Part shown: positions 1 to 13,000 of the stretch, piece by piece
Position numbering within the stretch: the stretch's first letter is position 1
Layout: every line of letters begins with the position of its first letter
NCBI GenBank assembly: GCA_951406725.2
Contig: OX597815.1
Coordinates: 16,368,001-16,432,000 of the forward strand
DNA from: Octopus vulgaris
Lineage: Eukaryota
Direction: 5' to 3'
Length of the DNA stretch: 64,000 nucleotides
Made by a program: the position numbers and the translations under genes
Notes under the pieces: generated by a model
Seen by the model: the letters and a program-made list of their open reading frames with translations, nothing else
What the model was told of the DNA's origin: nothing
Database searches by the model: none

Positions 1-153
1 TTATCATCATCATCATCATCATTTAACGTCCGCTTTCCATGCTAGCATGGGTTGGACGATTTTGACTGAGGGCTGGCGAACCAGATGGCTGCACCAGGCT
101 CCAATCTTGATTTGGCAGGGTTTCTACAGCTGGATGCCCTTCCTAACACCAAT

Positions 154-239
<86 letters not shown>

Positions 240-245
<6 letters not shown>

Positions 246-484
246 CACGTAAAAAGCACCAACCGATCGTGGCTGTTGCTAGCCCTGCCTGGCACCTGTG
301 CCGGTGGTATGTAAAAAGCACCCACTACATTCACGGAGTGGTTGGCGTTAGGAAGGGCATCCAGCTGTAGAAACACTGCCAGATCAGACTGGAGCCTGGT
401 GCAGCTTCCCGGCTTCCCAGACCCTGGTCGAACCGTCCAACCCATGCTAGCATGGAGAACGGACGTTAAATGATGATGATGATG
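240..484 (+). mobile_element. Retroposon family A with (GAT)n tail; copies at 1-150 (-), 5499-5720 (-), 6060-6570 (+, internal ~58-bp tandem units) and 6765-7024 (+)
   Basis: Shared GGAAGGGCATCCAGCTGTAGAAAC...CAACCCATGCTAGCATGGA...GTTAAA(C/T)GATGATGAT. Confidence 0.85.
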
Positions 485-727
485 ACACACACACACAGAT
501 ATACAGAGAGAGAAAGAGAGAGATGGATAGCAACGAAGATGGTAAGGGTAGAGGTGAGAAAGAAAGAGAGACTGAAGACTAACAATGTAACGGGATAATG
601 AGATGGGGATTGAATACAGATAGATCCCTTGTTATCCCTCATTACACTGTGATCGGAAAGAGAGGGGTAAATGCGAGGGTAACAAAGAGAGAAGAGGCCA
701 GTGGAATTCCATTCAAGAACAATATTG

Positions 728-1114
728 AGTGGAAGCACTCCGTCGGTAACGACGATGAGGGTTCCGGTTGATCCGAATCAATGGAACAGCCTGCTCGTGA
801 AATTAAAGTGTAAGTGGTTGAGCACTCCACAGACACACGTACTCTTAACGTAGTTCTCGGGGATATTCAGCGTGACACAGAGAGTGACAAGGCTGGCCCT
901 TTGAAATACAGGTACAACAGAAACAGGAAGTAAGAGTGAGAGAAAGTTGTGGTGAAAGAGTACAGCAGGGATCACCACCATCCCTGCTGGAGCCTTGTGG
1001 AGCTTTTAGGTATTTTTGCTCAATAAACACTCACAACGCCCGGTCTGGGTATTGAAACCGTGATCTTACGACCGCGAGTCCGCTGCCCTAACCACTGGGC
1101 CATCGCGCCTCCTT
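728..1114 (-). mobile_element. tRNA-derived SINE (family T), full length
   Basis: tRNA-like head with A/B boxes on the minus strand (GGCCCAGTGGTTAGGGC...GGTTTCAATACC). Flanking direct repeat AACAATATTG at 718-727 and 1118-1127. Confidence 0.9.
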
Positions 1115-1200
1115 AAAAACAATATTGTAACCCTAAGAAAAAGAAAATATGCAATGTGTTTGTTTTTTTTTATGTACTTATGCATGTTACCAATTTAAAG

Positions 1201-1330
1201 GAAACGGTGAAAGAAGAAGATCGCCTGGCATCTGTGGTGTTGGATATTGACGATGATGTGAGAATAGTTCCAAGAGGCAGTTTTATGTATACACCAACAG
1301 GGAAAGTTGTGTTAAATCCCAGTTTTAAGG
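1201..1330 (+). CDS. RSPH9: Radial spoke head protein 9, internal coding exon (upstream exons outside the window)
   Basis: AG acceptor at 1199-1200 and GTAAG donor at 1331. Encodes ETVKEEDRLASVVLDIDDDVRIVPRGSFMYTPTGKVVLNPSFK(G), matching the RSPH9 KEExRL...I(I/V)PRG segment. Phase-1 end fits the next exon. Confidence 0.93.
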
Positions 1331-1676
1331 GTAAGTTTGTCCATTATTTTATATGTGTCGTCTCTTTTGCTTAAAGCATGCTTATAAGGGAAAAATCTAT
1401 GGAGTCACTAAACTTGCTAGAAGTAGCAGCCAATTCTTCATTAGATGACACTCTGCTGTCATTTAAAAGGAAAGGGTACATTAAATGATGTGATCTTAGA
1501 TACACTATTCTTTAGTTTGTTTCAGTCTTTGAACTGCAGCCATGCTGGGGAATAATCTTCAAGAGTTTTAGTCTACTGTGCTGACCCAGAATTTATTTCA
1601 TTCAAGTGCTTAATATTGATCTCTGTTTGTCAAGTCACTAAGTTTTTACCTTTTTTTGATATATGTTATGTTTTAA

Positions 1677-2044
1677 TCTCTATATAAATAAACGGCAAAA
1701 TGTCTGTCTGTGTGTGTGTCATTTATACAAATTCACAATTTTTCAGTTAGAGGGCTCGCACTTTCTATAGTCATTCAAAACCATCCAAGGGTGGTCGTTC
1801 ACATCTTTACATTTCCCCAGTCACCCCGCAAAGCCATTAAAAAATCAATAGAAGTGACTTTTTTGTGAATTTTCTATCCAAAACCCAATCAAAATGCCCG
1901 AAACTTGATACGCCAATTGAATGTCAGCTAGCTGTATGTGATTGGTCGGAGATTTGGACAGTACTAGCGTATATGTGTGCACGCATGCAGCTGTATATGC
2001 ATGCACTAGCACTATGACCCAGCATTGCCGGGTCACAGTGCTAG
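1677..2044 (+). mobile_element. Non-autonomous Helitron
   Basis: 5' TC, 3' CTAG, subterminal hairpin GACCCAGCATTGCCGGGTC, inserted between A and T, no TSD. Confidence 0.8.
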
Positions 2045-3118
2045 TACCAAATTATTTTGGTGACAATACAATGCAATATATACTCAAAAATGCACGCTAA
2101 TTAAAGCAGAACTTAAAAATCCACGTGCAAAATATATCATGCCATTTACGAAACAAACCAGTATGCAAATTAGAAGGCAGTCAAAAGGACACAAAGTGAA
2201 TGCACGAAATAAAGCAGAGTCATTAAGCTTAGTTTGATACTTAGTCAGAACATAGAATTAAATTAGAGCAATATAACAATGTATGAATATACACCAGGGC
2301 ACACAAGCACAGATATGGATAGAGAGAGACACATACTCACAATACATGACATGTAAATATTCCTACACACACACACACAACCTACACCTACACAATACAC
2401 ACAATGCACATTCACACATACATACATGCATACATACACACACATACATTGTGAAGCTACAGTGGAAGACACCCAATATCTCATGTAGTGGGATCAAACA
2501 TGTAGCAGCCACATGGCTGCTAAGCAAATAATTTCTTAACCACATGGCTATACCTGTGTCAAAAAAAAAAAATGATGGCATAGGTGTGCTTGATCAGCAT
2601 ACCTGGGAGCTAAACAACAACAACAGCAACAGCAGCCGTTCAAGAATTTGGACCTGGAGATATCCATTTCCAGCAACTTTGAGGGCCATTTCCCAGTGGT
2701 GTCGGGCGTCAACGAAGAGCCCTCGACTACAACAAGACGACCAAAGTTTTTTTTTTCTCCAAGGTCTGGGGTCTCCTGCTCCTAAGCCCTAGACCATCAC
2801 CTAATCACCCTTACCCATCTTGTTGCTTAACAACAACAACAACAACAGTAAAATATGAGTCAAACCTCTACATTTCTTTTGTCATCTTTACAAATTAGAT
2901 CAAGTTGAGCTATGACCTGTGCTGAGGGTCAGCACAGAATGGATGGTGTAAAATTTGAACTTTTGCTCTTCTATTTAATTATCATGTTCTATTTAATTGT
3001 TATGCTTTATTAATTACCATTTGTATTTAATTAATCAGGATGATATTGAATTATTATTTCTATCTAATTATGATCGATTCTATTAATTAACCTCTTTTCT
3101 TTTTTATTTTCTTCTAAG

Positions 3119-3265
3119 GATTGTTTGCAAACGATGCTTCTAAACTTTATTCATACATGCACTTCCGACCAGCTGTTCTGCTGAGTAAGAAACCCATAAT
3201 TGAAAGATCAAATATGGACAGATCCTTGGATTTCATGGATATTATTGAAGATGATATTCCAAAAG
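3119..3265 (+). CDS. RSPH9: RSPH9 penultimate coding exon (not in ORF track)
   Basis: Polypyrimidine tract plus AG at 3117-3118, GT donor at 3266. 147 nt, phase 1/1. Encodes (G)LFANDASKLYSYMHFRPAVLLSKKPIIERSNMDRSLDFMDIIEDDIPK(G), with the RSPH9 SYxHFR and SLDFMD...DIPKG motifs. Confidence 0.93.
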
Positions 3266-3511
3266 GTAAAATGCAGTTTAAGCCATTAGTTTGACAAATA
3301 GTGTTTTGTATCCGGTGTTTAAGTAAGTAAATTAAACAGCAACATATACTCTTTTACTCTTTTACTTGTTTCAGTCATTTGACTGCGGCCATGCTGGAGC
3401 ACCGCCTTTAGTCGAGCAAATCAACCAACTGGGGTCTGTGAAGCCAGAAGGCTGCATCAGGCCCAGTCTGATCTGGCAGTGTTTCTACGGCTGGATGCCC
3501 TTCCTAACACC

Positions 3512-3547
<36 letters not shown>

Positions 3548-3918
3548 CGACAGGCTTCTTTCAGTTTCTGTCTACCAAATCCACTCACAAGGCATTGGTC
3601 GGCCCGGGGCTATAGCAGAAGACACTTGCCCAAGATGCCACGCAGTGGGACTGAACCTGGAACCATGTGGTTGGTAAGCAAGCTACTTACCACACAGCCA
3701 CTCCTGTGCCTATAATTATAATTTTGAAATAATTTTGTATTCCTTCTCAGATCAGTCAATGAAAGCATTTCAGGATTGTAGAATATCTTATTCAGAGCAA
3801 TAATCTCTTGCGTATAACACTGCAACATGTTTAAAATATTGTGTTTTGTATATGAATACAGTTACATATGGAAAGATAAATATTTGCCGTCGTTTCAATC
3901 TCAGCCTTCTCGTTTCAG

Positions 3919-4079
3919 GCTGCTGGAGTTTCCAGTTCGAGCGTGGCTGTGGCATGGTTATAATCCGAAGCTTACTTTGGCCTGGATATACATTCTATGC
4001 AAGACCTGGAACACCAAAATTTGGTTCACTTTATTTTGGCACTGGAGAAAAAAACCTTGATCTGCCATTCATGTTGTAA
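3919..4079 (+). CDS. RSPH9: RSPH9 terminal coding exon
   Basis: TTTCAG acceptor ending at 3918. Encodes (G)CWSFQFERGCGMVIIRSLLWPGYTFYARPGTPKFGSLYFGTGEKNLDLPFML*, the characteristic RSPH9 C-terminus (RSLLWPG...GTGEKNxDLPFML). Confidence 0.95.
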
Positions 4080-4390
4080 AAAACAAAAAGTGAGCTGAAT
4101 GAATTGTTTCAAATAAAACACCATGAATACAGTTATAACTTAACCCATTTATCGTCAGTTCATCCAGCCATTTATTTATTGATTCTGTCCCAACAAGATA
4201 TGTTTTTTTCTATCTATCTATTGGCCTACCTGTTTACCAAGGATCTGTCAACCTATGAACTTACCTACCTATCTACCTACATAATAACCTATTTATAATA
4301 CGTATCTATATATCTATTTCTCTATACAAGTTTTGTAGTTGCTTTAACTCATTAAAGTTACAACAATATTGACAGCTTCATATTTTTATT

Positions 4391-5170
4391 TGTGTGTGAG
4401 CCTATGTGCTTTTGTGTGTGTGTGTGTGAGCCTGTGTGCTTTTGTGTGTGTGTGTGAGTGAGCCTGTGTGCTTTTCTGTGTGTGTGTGTGTGTGTGAGCC
4501 TGTGTGCTTTTCTGTGTGTGTGTGTGAGCCTGTGTGCTTTTCTGTGTGTGTGTGAGTGAGCCTGTGTGCTTTTCTCTGTGTGTGTGTATGTGTGTGAGCC
4601 TATGTGCTTTTCTGTGTGTGTGTGTGAGCCTGTGTGCTTTTCTGTGTGTGTGTATGAGCCTGTGTGCTTTTCTGTGTGTGTGTGTGTGTGAGCCTGTGTG
4701 CTTTTCTGTGTGTGTGTGTGAGCCTGTGTGCTTTTCTGTGTGTGTGTGTGAGCCTGTGTGCTTTTCTGTGTGTGTGTATGAGCCTGTGTGCTTTTCTGTG
4801 TGTGTGTGTGAGCCTGTGTGCTTTTCTGTGTGTGTGTGTGAGCCTGTGTGCTTTTCTGTGTGTGTGTGTGAACCTGTGTGCTTTTCTGTGTGTGTGTGTG
4901 AGCCTGTGTGCTTTTCTGTGTGTGTGTGTGAGCCTGTGTGCTTTTCTGTGTGTGTGTGTGAGCCTGTGTGCTTTTCTGTGTGTGTGTGTGAGCCTGTGTG
5001 CTTTTCTGTGTGTGTGTGTGAGCCTGTGTGCTTTTCTGTGTGTGTGTGTGAACCTGTGTGCTTTTGTGTGTGTGTATGAGCCTGTGTGCTTTTCTGTGTG
5101 TGTGTGTGTGTGAGCCTGTGTGCTTTTCTGTGTGTGTGTGTGAACCTGTGTGCTTTTGTGTGTGTGTGAG
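4391..5170. repeat. About 30-bp minisatellite GAGCCTGTGTGCTTTTCT(GT)n, roughly 25 copies
   Basis: Directly visible tandem array about 300 bp downstream of the RSPH9 stop codon. Confidence 0.97.
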
Positions 5171-8052
5171 ATGGCGGTGGATTGGTAGTGTCATTGAGGC
5201 TTTGGACAAAATGCTTTGCAGTATTAGTTTTGATTCTTTACATTCTGAGTTTAATGTTATGACATCAGAATCATACCCTAAACCTAACCCTAATCCAAGC
5301 TGAATCAGTCTTTGCTTCCATTAGGCAACACTAATGTTATAGAGTTGAATTGCTGTTTGGGTACCTCATGGCCTTCCATAAAAAAAAACCCTGCACAAAC
5401 CTGCCTCCTGGAGAAAGATTTTCTAGTTGTAAGTACTGGGGTCAACTCTGACTGATGGAGGCGTTAACCCTTTAGCATTCAGATTATTCTGTCCAATGAA
5501 TCGTCGTTGAATGTCCGCTTTCCATGCTAGCATGGGTTGGACGATTTTGACTGAGGGCTGGCGAACCAGATGGCTGCACCAGGCTCCAATCTTGATTTGG
5601 CAGAGTTTCTACTGCTGGACGTCCTTCCTAATGCCAACCACTCCGAGAGTGTAGTGGGTGCTTTTACATGCCACCGCACGGGGTGCCACCAGCACGGCAT
5701 GCCACCAGCACAGGGTGCCATGCATATTTATTCATTTTGTTATGAATTAATCCTGCATTATCTTGTATCGTTGAGATTTTGATGATATGATTGCTTATTT
5801 TAAGAATAACATTGTCAGGTAGAGGAGAGAGGCTGGATCAAACCAGTTTGAATATAAAACAAGTAGAACATTTGGGTCAGATATGGCCAGTTTAAATGCT
5901 AGAGGGTTAAATGTATTGGGTCTCACCAAGACGAGGACAAATGACCAAGATCCTTGGAGATATGCTTTGCTTGAGAAGACCTGGTAAGCCAAGTGAGGCT
6001 GTAACTGTGGCCTGTGCCAGTGCAGCATAACCAGCCCATATTGGGCAATAAACTGCACTTGTGAAGACTTAATGAGTCAAGTGAAGTCATTGTTGTGGCC
6101 GATGACAGTACTTCTTGATTAGCACCCGTGCTGGTGGCAGGTAAAAAGCACCATTTGAACGTGGTTGATGCCAGTGCCACCAGACTGGTTCCATGCCAGT
6201 GGCACATAAAAAGCACCATTCAAGCGTAGTCGAGGCCAGTGCCAGCTGACTGGTTCCATGCCGGTGGCACATAAAAAGCACCATTCGAGCATGGTCATTG
6301 CCAGTGCTGCCTAACTGGCTCCCATGCCAGTGGCATGTAAAAAGCACCATTCAAGCGTGGTCGATGCCGGTACTGTCTGACTTGCCCTCATGCCGGTTAC
6401 ATGTAAAAAGCACCCACTACACTCTCGGAGTGGTTGGCATTAGGAAGGGCATCCAGCTGTAGAAACACTGCCAGATTAGATTGGAGCCTGGTGTAGCCTT
6501 CTGGCTTGCCAGTCCTCAGTCAAACCATCCAACCCATGCTAGCATGGAAAGTGGATGTTAAACGGCAATGATCTCACAAGTGTGTGCGTTTGTGTTTGTT
6601 TGGGATGTTTTATGATTTGTTATTGTTTATCCTTATATCAGCTCTGAGCATTCAGATGTCTTTTTTCCCAGATATAATCTAAGACTTCATTACCCAGTGT
6701 TAGCTTTCCTTCCTTAGAGTATGGTCTGAGTGAGATTTGGCTATTATTTCTACCAGGATTCACTAGTTTGCCGCCTTGACTGGCTTCCGTGCCAGTGGCA
6801 CGTAAAAAGCACCAATCCGATCGTGGCCGTTGCCAGCCTCCCCTGGCACGTAAAAAGCACCCACTACACTCATGGAGTAGTTGGCGTTAGGAAGGGTATC
6901 CAGCTGTAGAAACACTGCCAGATCAGACTGGAGCCTGGTGCAGCCTTCTGGCTTCCCAGATCCCCGGTCAAACCGTCCAACCCATGCTAGCATGGAGAAC
7001 GGACGTTAAACGATGATGATGATGTAATCAGTAACTAAAATGTTGATTGCTTGTGACAGCATATGAATGAGCTATTGATTTCTCAGATAGTTATGTTGAA
7101 TGGTAGTAATTGTCAAATGCTTAAACATTTGGAAGTCAAACTGTCTTCCTTTAGTTTAGAATTTTCTTCTGTTGATGTGAAAAAGAAAATCTTAAGTGTT
7201 GATGTCTTGTTTTGTATGTGCTGTTTTACTCAATGCTATTACAAATTTCTTTAACATTTTCATATCATGTGTGAGAAGATTGTTGCATTATGTAAAGGTT
7301 GTGAAGTCATTGTCATGGCCAATGACAGTACTGCCTGATTGGCACCCATGCTGGTGGCAGGTAAAAAGCACCATGGCCTTTCAAAAGTGGCTTTATTGGA
7401 GTATAAATAGGAAATGTACCTGTTAATGTTATTAACTAATCGTTTTATGATTGACAGTGGGTAGTTGGAACCTATGTTGATGTATGAGGTATCCTCATTT
7501 GGTTTGTGGTAGGGTTTAAACTTGCCTGTACTAATATATAAACTTTAAGATCAGTATTAACCGTAGTTCTTAGATTTAATTGACTATTGGGATTTTATGT
7601 GACTTTTTGTGTTTTAATCCACAATTGAGATGAACACCGATGTTCCATGCAACAAACTTGATAATTGTTAAGGGCTTCCTTAACATGAAACCAATGGTAG
7701 CCTTAATACACAAATAAATAATCTTTATCCACCAATTCGGTGTTGAGCTCTCATTCTCTTTGTTTGATATTTTGTCGATATGATGTACAATAGACTTAAG
7801 TGTAGATATGTATGTGTGTGTGTGTGTGTGAGTATTTGTGTTCATTGTTTTAAAACAGAAGACTAAATATAGTATAAAGAGTCAGAAATGTATTTATCGG
7901 TCCAGAGAGGGTGGCACTGAACTGATAATGGTGTATTTAGACATTTTACTACAAGCAAGTAAACTCCATAGTAAATTGCAATGAAATTGCCTTTACAAGT
8001 TTATTTATATATATATACATATACACACACATACACACACATACACACACAT

Positions 8053-8123
<71 letters not shown>

Positions 8124-8429
8124 CATATATAAACCCCTTTCGACCAAGGATTGCTACTAGAAACTTTCCCTCCGAGGCACAAGTTTGGACAAGGTTGTGT
8201 TATGGAAGATCAACGTCGCCCATGCATATCAGCCTTCCTTCTCTACGCTATCGATGTTATCCAAGGGAAAGGCAAAAACCGATACAGCTTCGCACCAGTG
8301 ACGTCGCAATTCATTTTTACAGTTGAGTGAACTGGAGCAACATGAAATAAAGTGTCTTGCTCAAGAAGCCAACACACAGCCTGGTCCGGGAATCGAACTA
8401 TCTCATGATTGTGAACATTTTCAACAGAC

Positions 8430-9561
8430 ACAACCTAAAGATCTCTTTTAGTTGCGCCCCCCAATACTAAGAGCAGTCTTATAAACACCCCTAGGCCATG
8501 AGCGGAGGCGGGATGTTCATGCAGGGACTACAGTAGATGCCCAGTGGGAAGTCATTGCGAAACAAGGGAGTCGTCTATGAAGCTGAGGTGGTAACTGACC
8601 CTAGTAGGAGTAGCTTTTCTAACGACTACTACACTAACAGGATCTACAGTACCAATAGCAACAGCAGAAACAGTAACAGTACCATCACCAGTAATAGCAA
8701 CAGTAACAACAACGACAGCAGCTCGAAGAGAAATAGCAGCAGAACCATCACCAATAGTAACAATAACAACAGCGACAGCATTACCCACTACGATAGCAAT
8801 ACCAACGACGATGGCTATAACATCAGCAACGTAAGGAACATCGATGATGTCCCTTACGCCAGTATTAACAGCACCGGCACCGGTACCAACACCAACACCA
8901 GTTTTAACAACGCCAACACCAACACCGGCACCAACAACAGCCGGAGCAGCAGCACCAACATCAATAGAAACAGAATCGCCAACACCTGCATATGGAGATA
9001 CATCGGATGTTCCGGTAACACGTTCAAAAGCACCTCTCAAACCACAGATCCTCTTTCAGGATCCCGAAAGAGATACGCTATGTCCTTAGCAAGCCATGTA
9101 TGGCGACTGAAAGACGACGAAGCTCCACACTTAATATCATGGAAGATCCCAGAAAATCCAAGTCCCTACATATATGGGACCAAGCGTTGTAAACTGTGCA
9201 TAGCCGAATGGTCGAGGATACTAAAGGACCTCCATGACTCGGGGGGACATCCTTGACTCCAGGTCGGAGGTCTTCGGACCCTGCTTGCACTTCAGAAAAT
9301 TCCTGCTGCTTCCTCGGATCCACACGCCGAATGGTCAAGTAATAACGGCCAACAGGAGAAAATTTCTTGTTGACATAGAATAACAAAGTCTTCTCCTCCT
9401 CCATTTTCTAGAGAGGCTATAGACCAACGGAATTTAGTGTCCGAAGAAATGCTGTAGAGCTGAGTGCTTTATGTACGTGAAACCCAGGGTAACCCCATAG
9501 GCCGGCCATTACTACTACTCTATAACTCAGTGCTTGCTTCTCTTTCGGATTTCTGATTTAC

Positions 9562-9565
<4 letters not shown>
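8430..9565 (+). mobile_element. Penelope-like element 3' part: GIY-YIG endonuclease relic plus degenerate hammerhead, ending in (TA)n
   Basis: ORF 8537-9256 has GVVYEAEV...YIGCSGNTFK...SLASHVWRLK...ISWKI...CKLCIAE. CCGAAGA (9441) ... GAAACCCAGGGUA (9479-9491). (TA)n starts near 9566. Confidence 0.8.
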
Positions 9566-9596
<31 letters not shown>

Positions 9597-10479
9597 CATC
9601 AAAAGTGAGCTTGAATCTTGCTTGCTTGCAATGTTACCCAGCCAAGCTGGCGTATAATAGGAAAATATTATGAAATAAGTTACCCCTGAAATGTGAATAC
9701 GAACAGAATAAAACTAGTGTCGCATAAATCGGACAACTGGTTATTGAGATATTAGGGGTTTTCGGGGGGGGGGGTATAAAACCCAAAACGGCGCATAATG
9801 GGAAAATACTCCGAAAATAATTTTATCTTGAAAGGGAAGAAACTCTAACCTTTCGATTAGACCCAGTGACTTGACAACGAAAAAATAGTAGTTGTTTTTT
9901 TACAGTAAATGTTTCTATTTTCGATTTTGTTGAATACAATATTTTAATCATTTTGAAATATTTTAAAGTGATCGTGATTTCAAAAATGTACATTGCTTGT
10001 GCTGTAAGTATTTATATTTTAGCTTTCTTTAAGCAGACAACATTCTGATGTTTTTAAAATTATTTTCCAAAAATTTTTTGGCATACTTAAAAAATATTTA
10101 AAAGTGAAAATGACTTACTTTAATCCATTTAGACACCCTGACTGGGCTAACAAGTCTGTCCACAATGATATCAGTCCACAATATGACTCCTCCAGCCTGT
10201 TGTTGACGCTTTAGATGGTCGAGGTCTCACGCTGTGAAATCATCTAATGATGACTCTATTCATAAAGCTGTTGTATGTCATACGATAAAGGATCACTTTA
10301 CAAGGAATTCATAGAACTGCAACTTTAAATACCTTTATTCGAGGTCTCAAATATATATAAATTGAATAATAATTGAAAGAGTTTGATGGTCGTGGTCTTC
10401 TCTTGTAAACTCTTCTGTGTATTACCTCATGTATGCTCGATATCTGCTAGCTGCCGCGTGTGTACGAGAGATAGCTAGG

Positions 10480-11090
10480 TCATGTCTTTACACTCCGGCG
10501 ACTCGATGCGAATGAGGAAGGGGTAAGTGTCCGAACCATAGTGTTGCGTGTGCCCTGTAGTGGCTGGCTATTTAGGCAGCCGCCGTCAGGAGAGATGACT
10601 GCACCTACAACGTAAACGTTGGTGATGCTCATCACCAAAATAGACCCAACCATTTGCCCAACCGTCTGGTCCGTCAACGGTTGCCCTGGTTTCGTCATGT
10701 ACTTTTGAGCCTATTGAAGCCTCAAACTCCTGTGACGGGACGTTAAAGGAGGTAGTTTCAGGGGTTCTCGCACGGAGGCCATGGTCCCGAGGATGCGATT
10801 TCTGGTGGTTTTCTGTACACGAGGAAGTCCGGAGGCAGTGAAAATGGCTTTGCTTGTTTATCCAGGTTTCGAACGAAATTTGCTGTCAATATTCCTTAAA
10901 TCACTAGCTGTGTCAGAGGTCCCACAATCAGATCGTTTCTTCCATGCCAAATGGTCCTTCAGGAATCGTCTAACCTTGTCTACATGACGACCTAACTTCT
11001 CCGCAGTGACATGAAGCTAGGTGCCTTTAGCACTTTCCTTGATGGTGACAGACTTTCTTTCATAATTAAGGCCTTTTCCATGCCTCATTG
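10480..11090 (-). mobile_element. Tc1-like transposase relic
   Basis: Disrupted frames give KLGRHVDKVRRFLKD, PPLTSRHRSLRLQ*AQKYM and DETRATVDGPDGWANGW. Confidence 0.75.
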
Positions 11091-11345
11091 TTCTTCGAGA
11101 GGAGAGACGCTATTAGTGTGGTTCACCCCAAAATTGAAGAATTTGAAATATAAAAGAAAGGACGTCACACGGAATAATTAAAAAAAACATAACATTAGTG
11201 TTGCCATAGCATGAAAACGAGCTGAGAAAACTTTTAGCAAAATCGATTCACCGAAAACCAAGAGATCCTAAATTTCACTCCTAAGCTATTAGCATGGGTC
11301 TATGCGCGCGCGCGCGTGTGTGTGTGTGTATGTGTGTTTATATAA

Positions 11346-11417
<72 letters not shown>

Positions 11418-12229
11418 CTTTGTTGATATACATGTAGGTAGATTTACGTATAGATTTATGTGAGCGTGCGTTTGTGTGTACGTGCGTGCGAGTCTGTGAT
11501 GTGTGCGTGTGTGTGTGTGTTTCTGTATGCGAGTACCTGTGTTCATTGTCTTAAAAATAAATTATGAAGTCAAGGGTTCCAACACTTCGGTTGTGTTGCT
11601 GGTGTTAAGCAAACAGGAAGTAGCATAGTACAGAAGGCGAGAGAGAGAATCAAGTCCTGCTAACATATATGCAAGCTCACGTCCAGCTATGTATTTGCAT
11701 TAACTCTCTTATAATATTGTCATCCTTTTCCCAACTGTTGCAGTTTACAAACTACATTTGTTTAACTGACGGTAAAGAGATCTAGACCTGTTACAAAGTT
11801 TCAATCGAAGCCTTATTCAAAAGAGAGTTAACAATAATTAGTGGGAAAAAGAAAGAAAAAAGGACAATTATGGAAAGAAAACACAGACTAGCAAATCTGT
11901 TGCTTATAAATATATTTAAATACACAGACATAGACAGGTAGCTTTTTTTTAACTAAGCGCGAGCGTCCCACATTTATGGAGGATTGAAGTTGCAAGTGTA
12001 ATGGGGTTCATGATTATCTCATGAATATATTTTCAACTGTATGCGCACACACACACATGCACACATGTTCGTTGTTTAAATGTTGTTCGAATGAGAGAGA
12101 GGCATGAGTTTACGCCTGAAGATTGCAGTGGACGAGAAGCTTGAGTAACGAGACAGACTCTAAGCTTAAGTTCTAATTTTTTAAAAATCTATCTAGCTGT
12201 CTGTAGGTCTTCTTTGTATGTATGTCTGT

Positions 12230-13000
12230 TCTATTTTTTAATTATTATAAACTTTCCACTGAGGAGGGAGCCGGTTTCCAACAAAGATACAAGGCTCCAT
12301 CTTTGGGATGTAGTTAACACAGACAAATTCACATTTGGAACTTGAGAAAAGTCTTGCTTATTTTTACTGTTCCACTCCAAGACTGTACTTGTACGAATTA
12401 ACCGGTCAATTTCTTTCTCTTTCTGAAAATCCCAATTTATCCAGATTCTCTTTTAAGTACTTACTAACAAAACCTAGTGCTCCAATTATTATTGGTATGA
12501 ATATGAATTCGTAGTCTGGATATAGAATCTGGAGGTTTCAAAGCAGTTGTCCACAGATATCCTCTTTTTCTTTGATTTTGAAAGAGATATATGCGCAGGG
12601 CAGCTGACCTCTATGATGGTACATACCTTTGCCCCTCTGTCCCAAACAACAATATCCATTTTACATTTGACAGAGGTTTTGATGGGAATATTCCATCAGT
12701 ATTCCTTGAGTTGGTGTTAATGAATGTATCTCATAACAGAGAGATTTTCTAAGTTTATTTCAGGACAGTCTTTTTTGCAGATGGCATTGTAAATTGTTTT
12801 AGCAACAACATCGTGTCGCATAGGAAGGTAGTACTGTGACGACATTTCAGGACAGCTGCTAATCACTTGCATGATGTCTTCCACAGAAATATGACAGCCT
12901 GCACATGCAGTTGCACCTTGGTATTGCAAGAGCATCACTGTCTCTCTTATCCACCAGGTACTTTGTGGCAATCTCCTATTCCTGGATTGCAAACGCATAG
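12230..13000 (-). mobile_element. RLE-type (R4/Dong/NeSL-like) LINE 3' relic; related pieces at 17050-17445 (+), 30030-30580 (+), 45860-46230 (-) and 63140-63255 (-)
   Basis: CCHC-knuckle region (EDIMQVISSCP..SSQYYLPMRHDVVAK), WNIPIKT, (P)DIVVWDR..IIEVSC and FIPIIIGALG motifs. Confidence 0.75.

Noticed and set aside
4358-5209. 283-aa repetitive ORF, or a CRISPR-like array
   Set aside because: Minisatellite whose spacers are only (GT)n; eukaryotic context and no cas genes.
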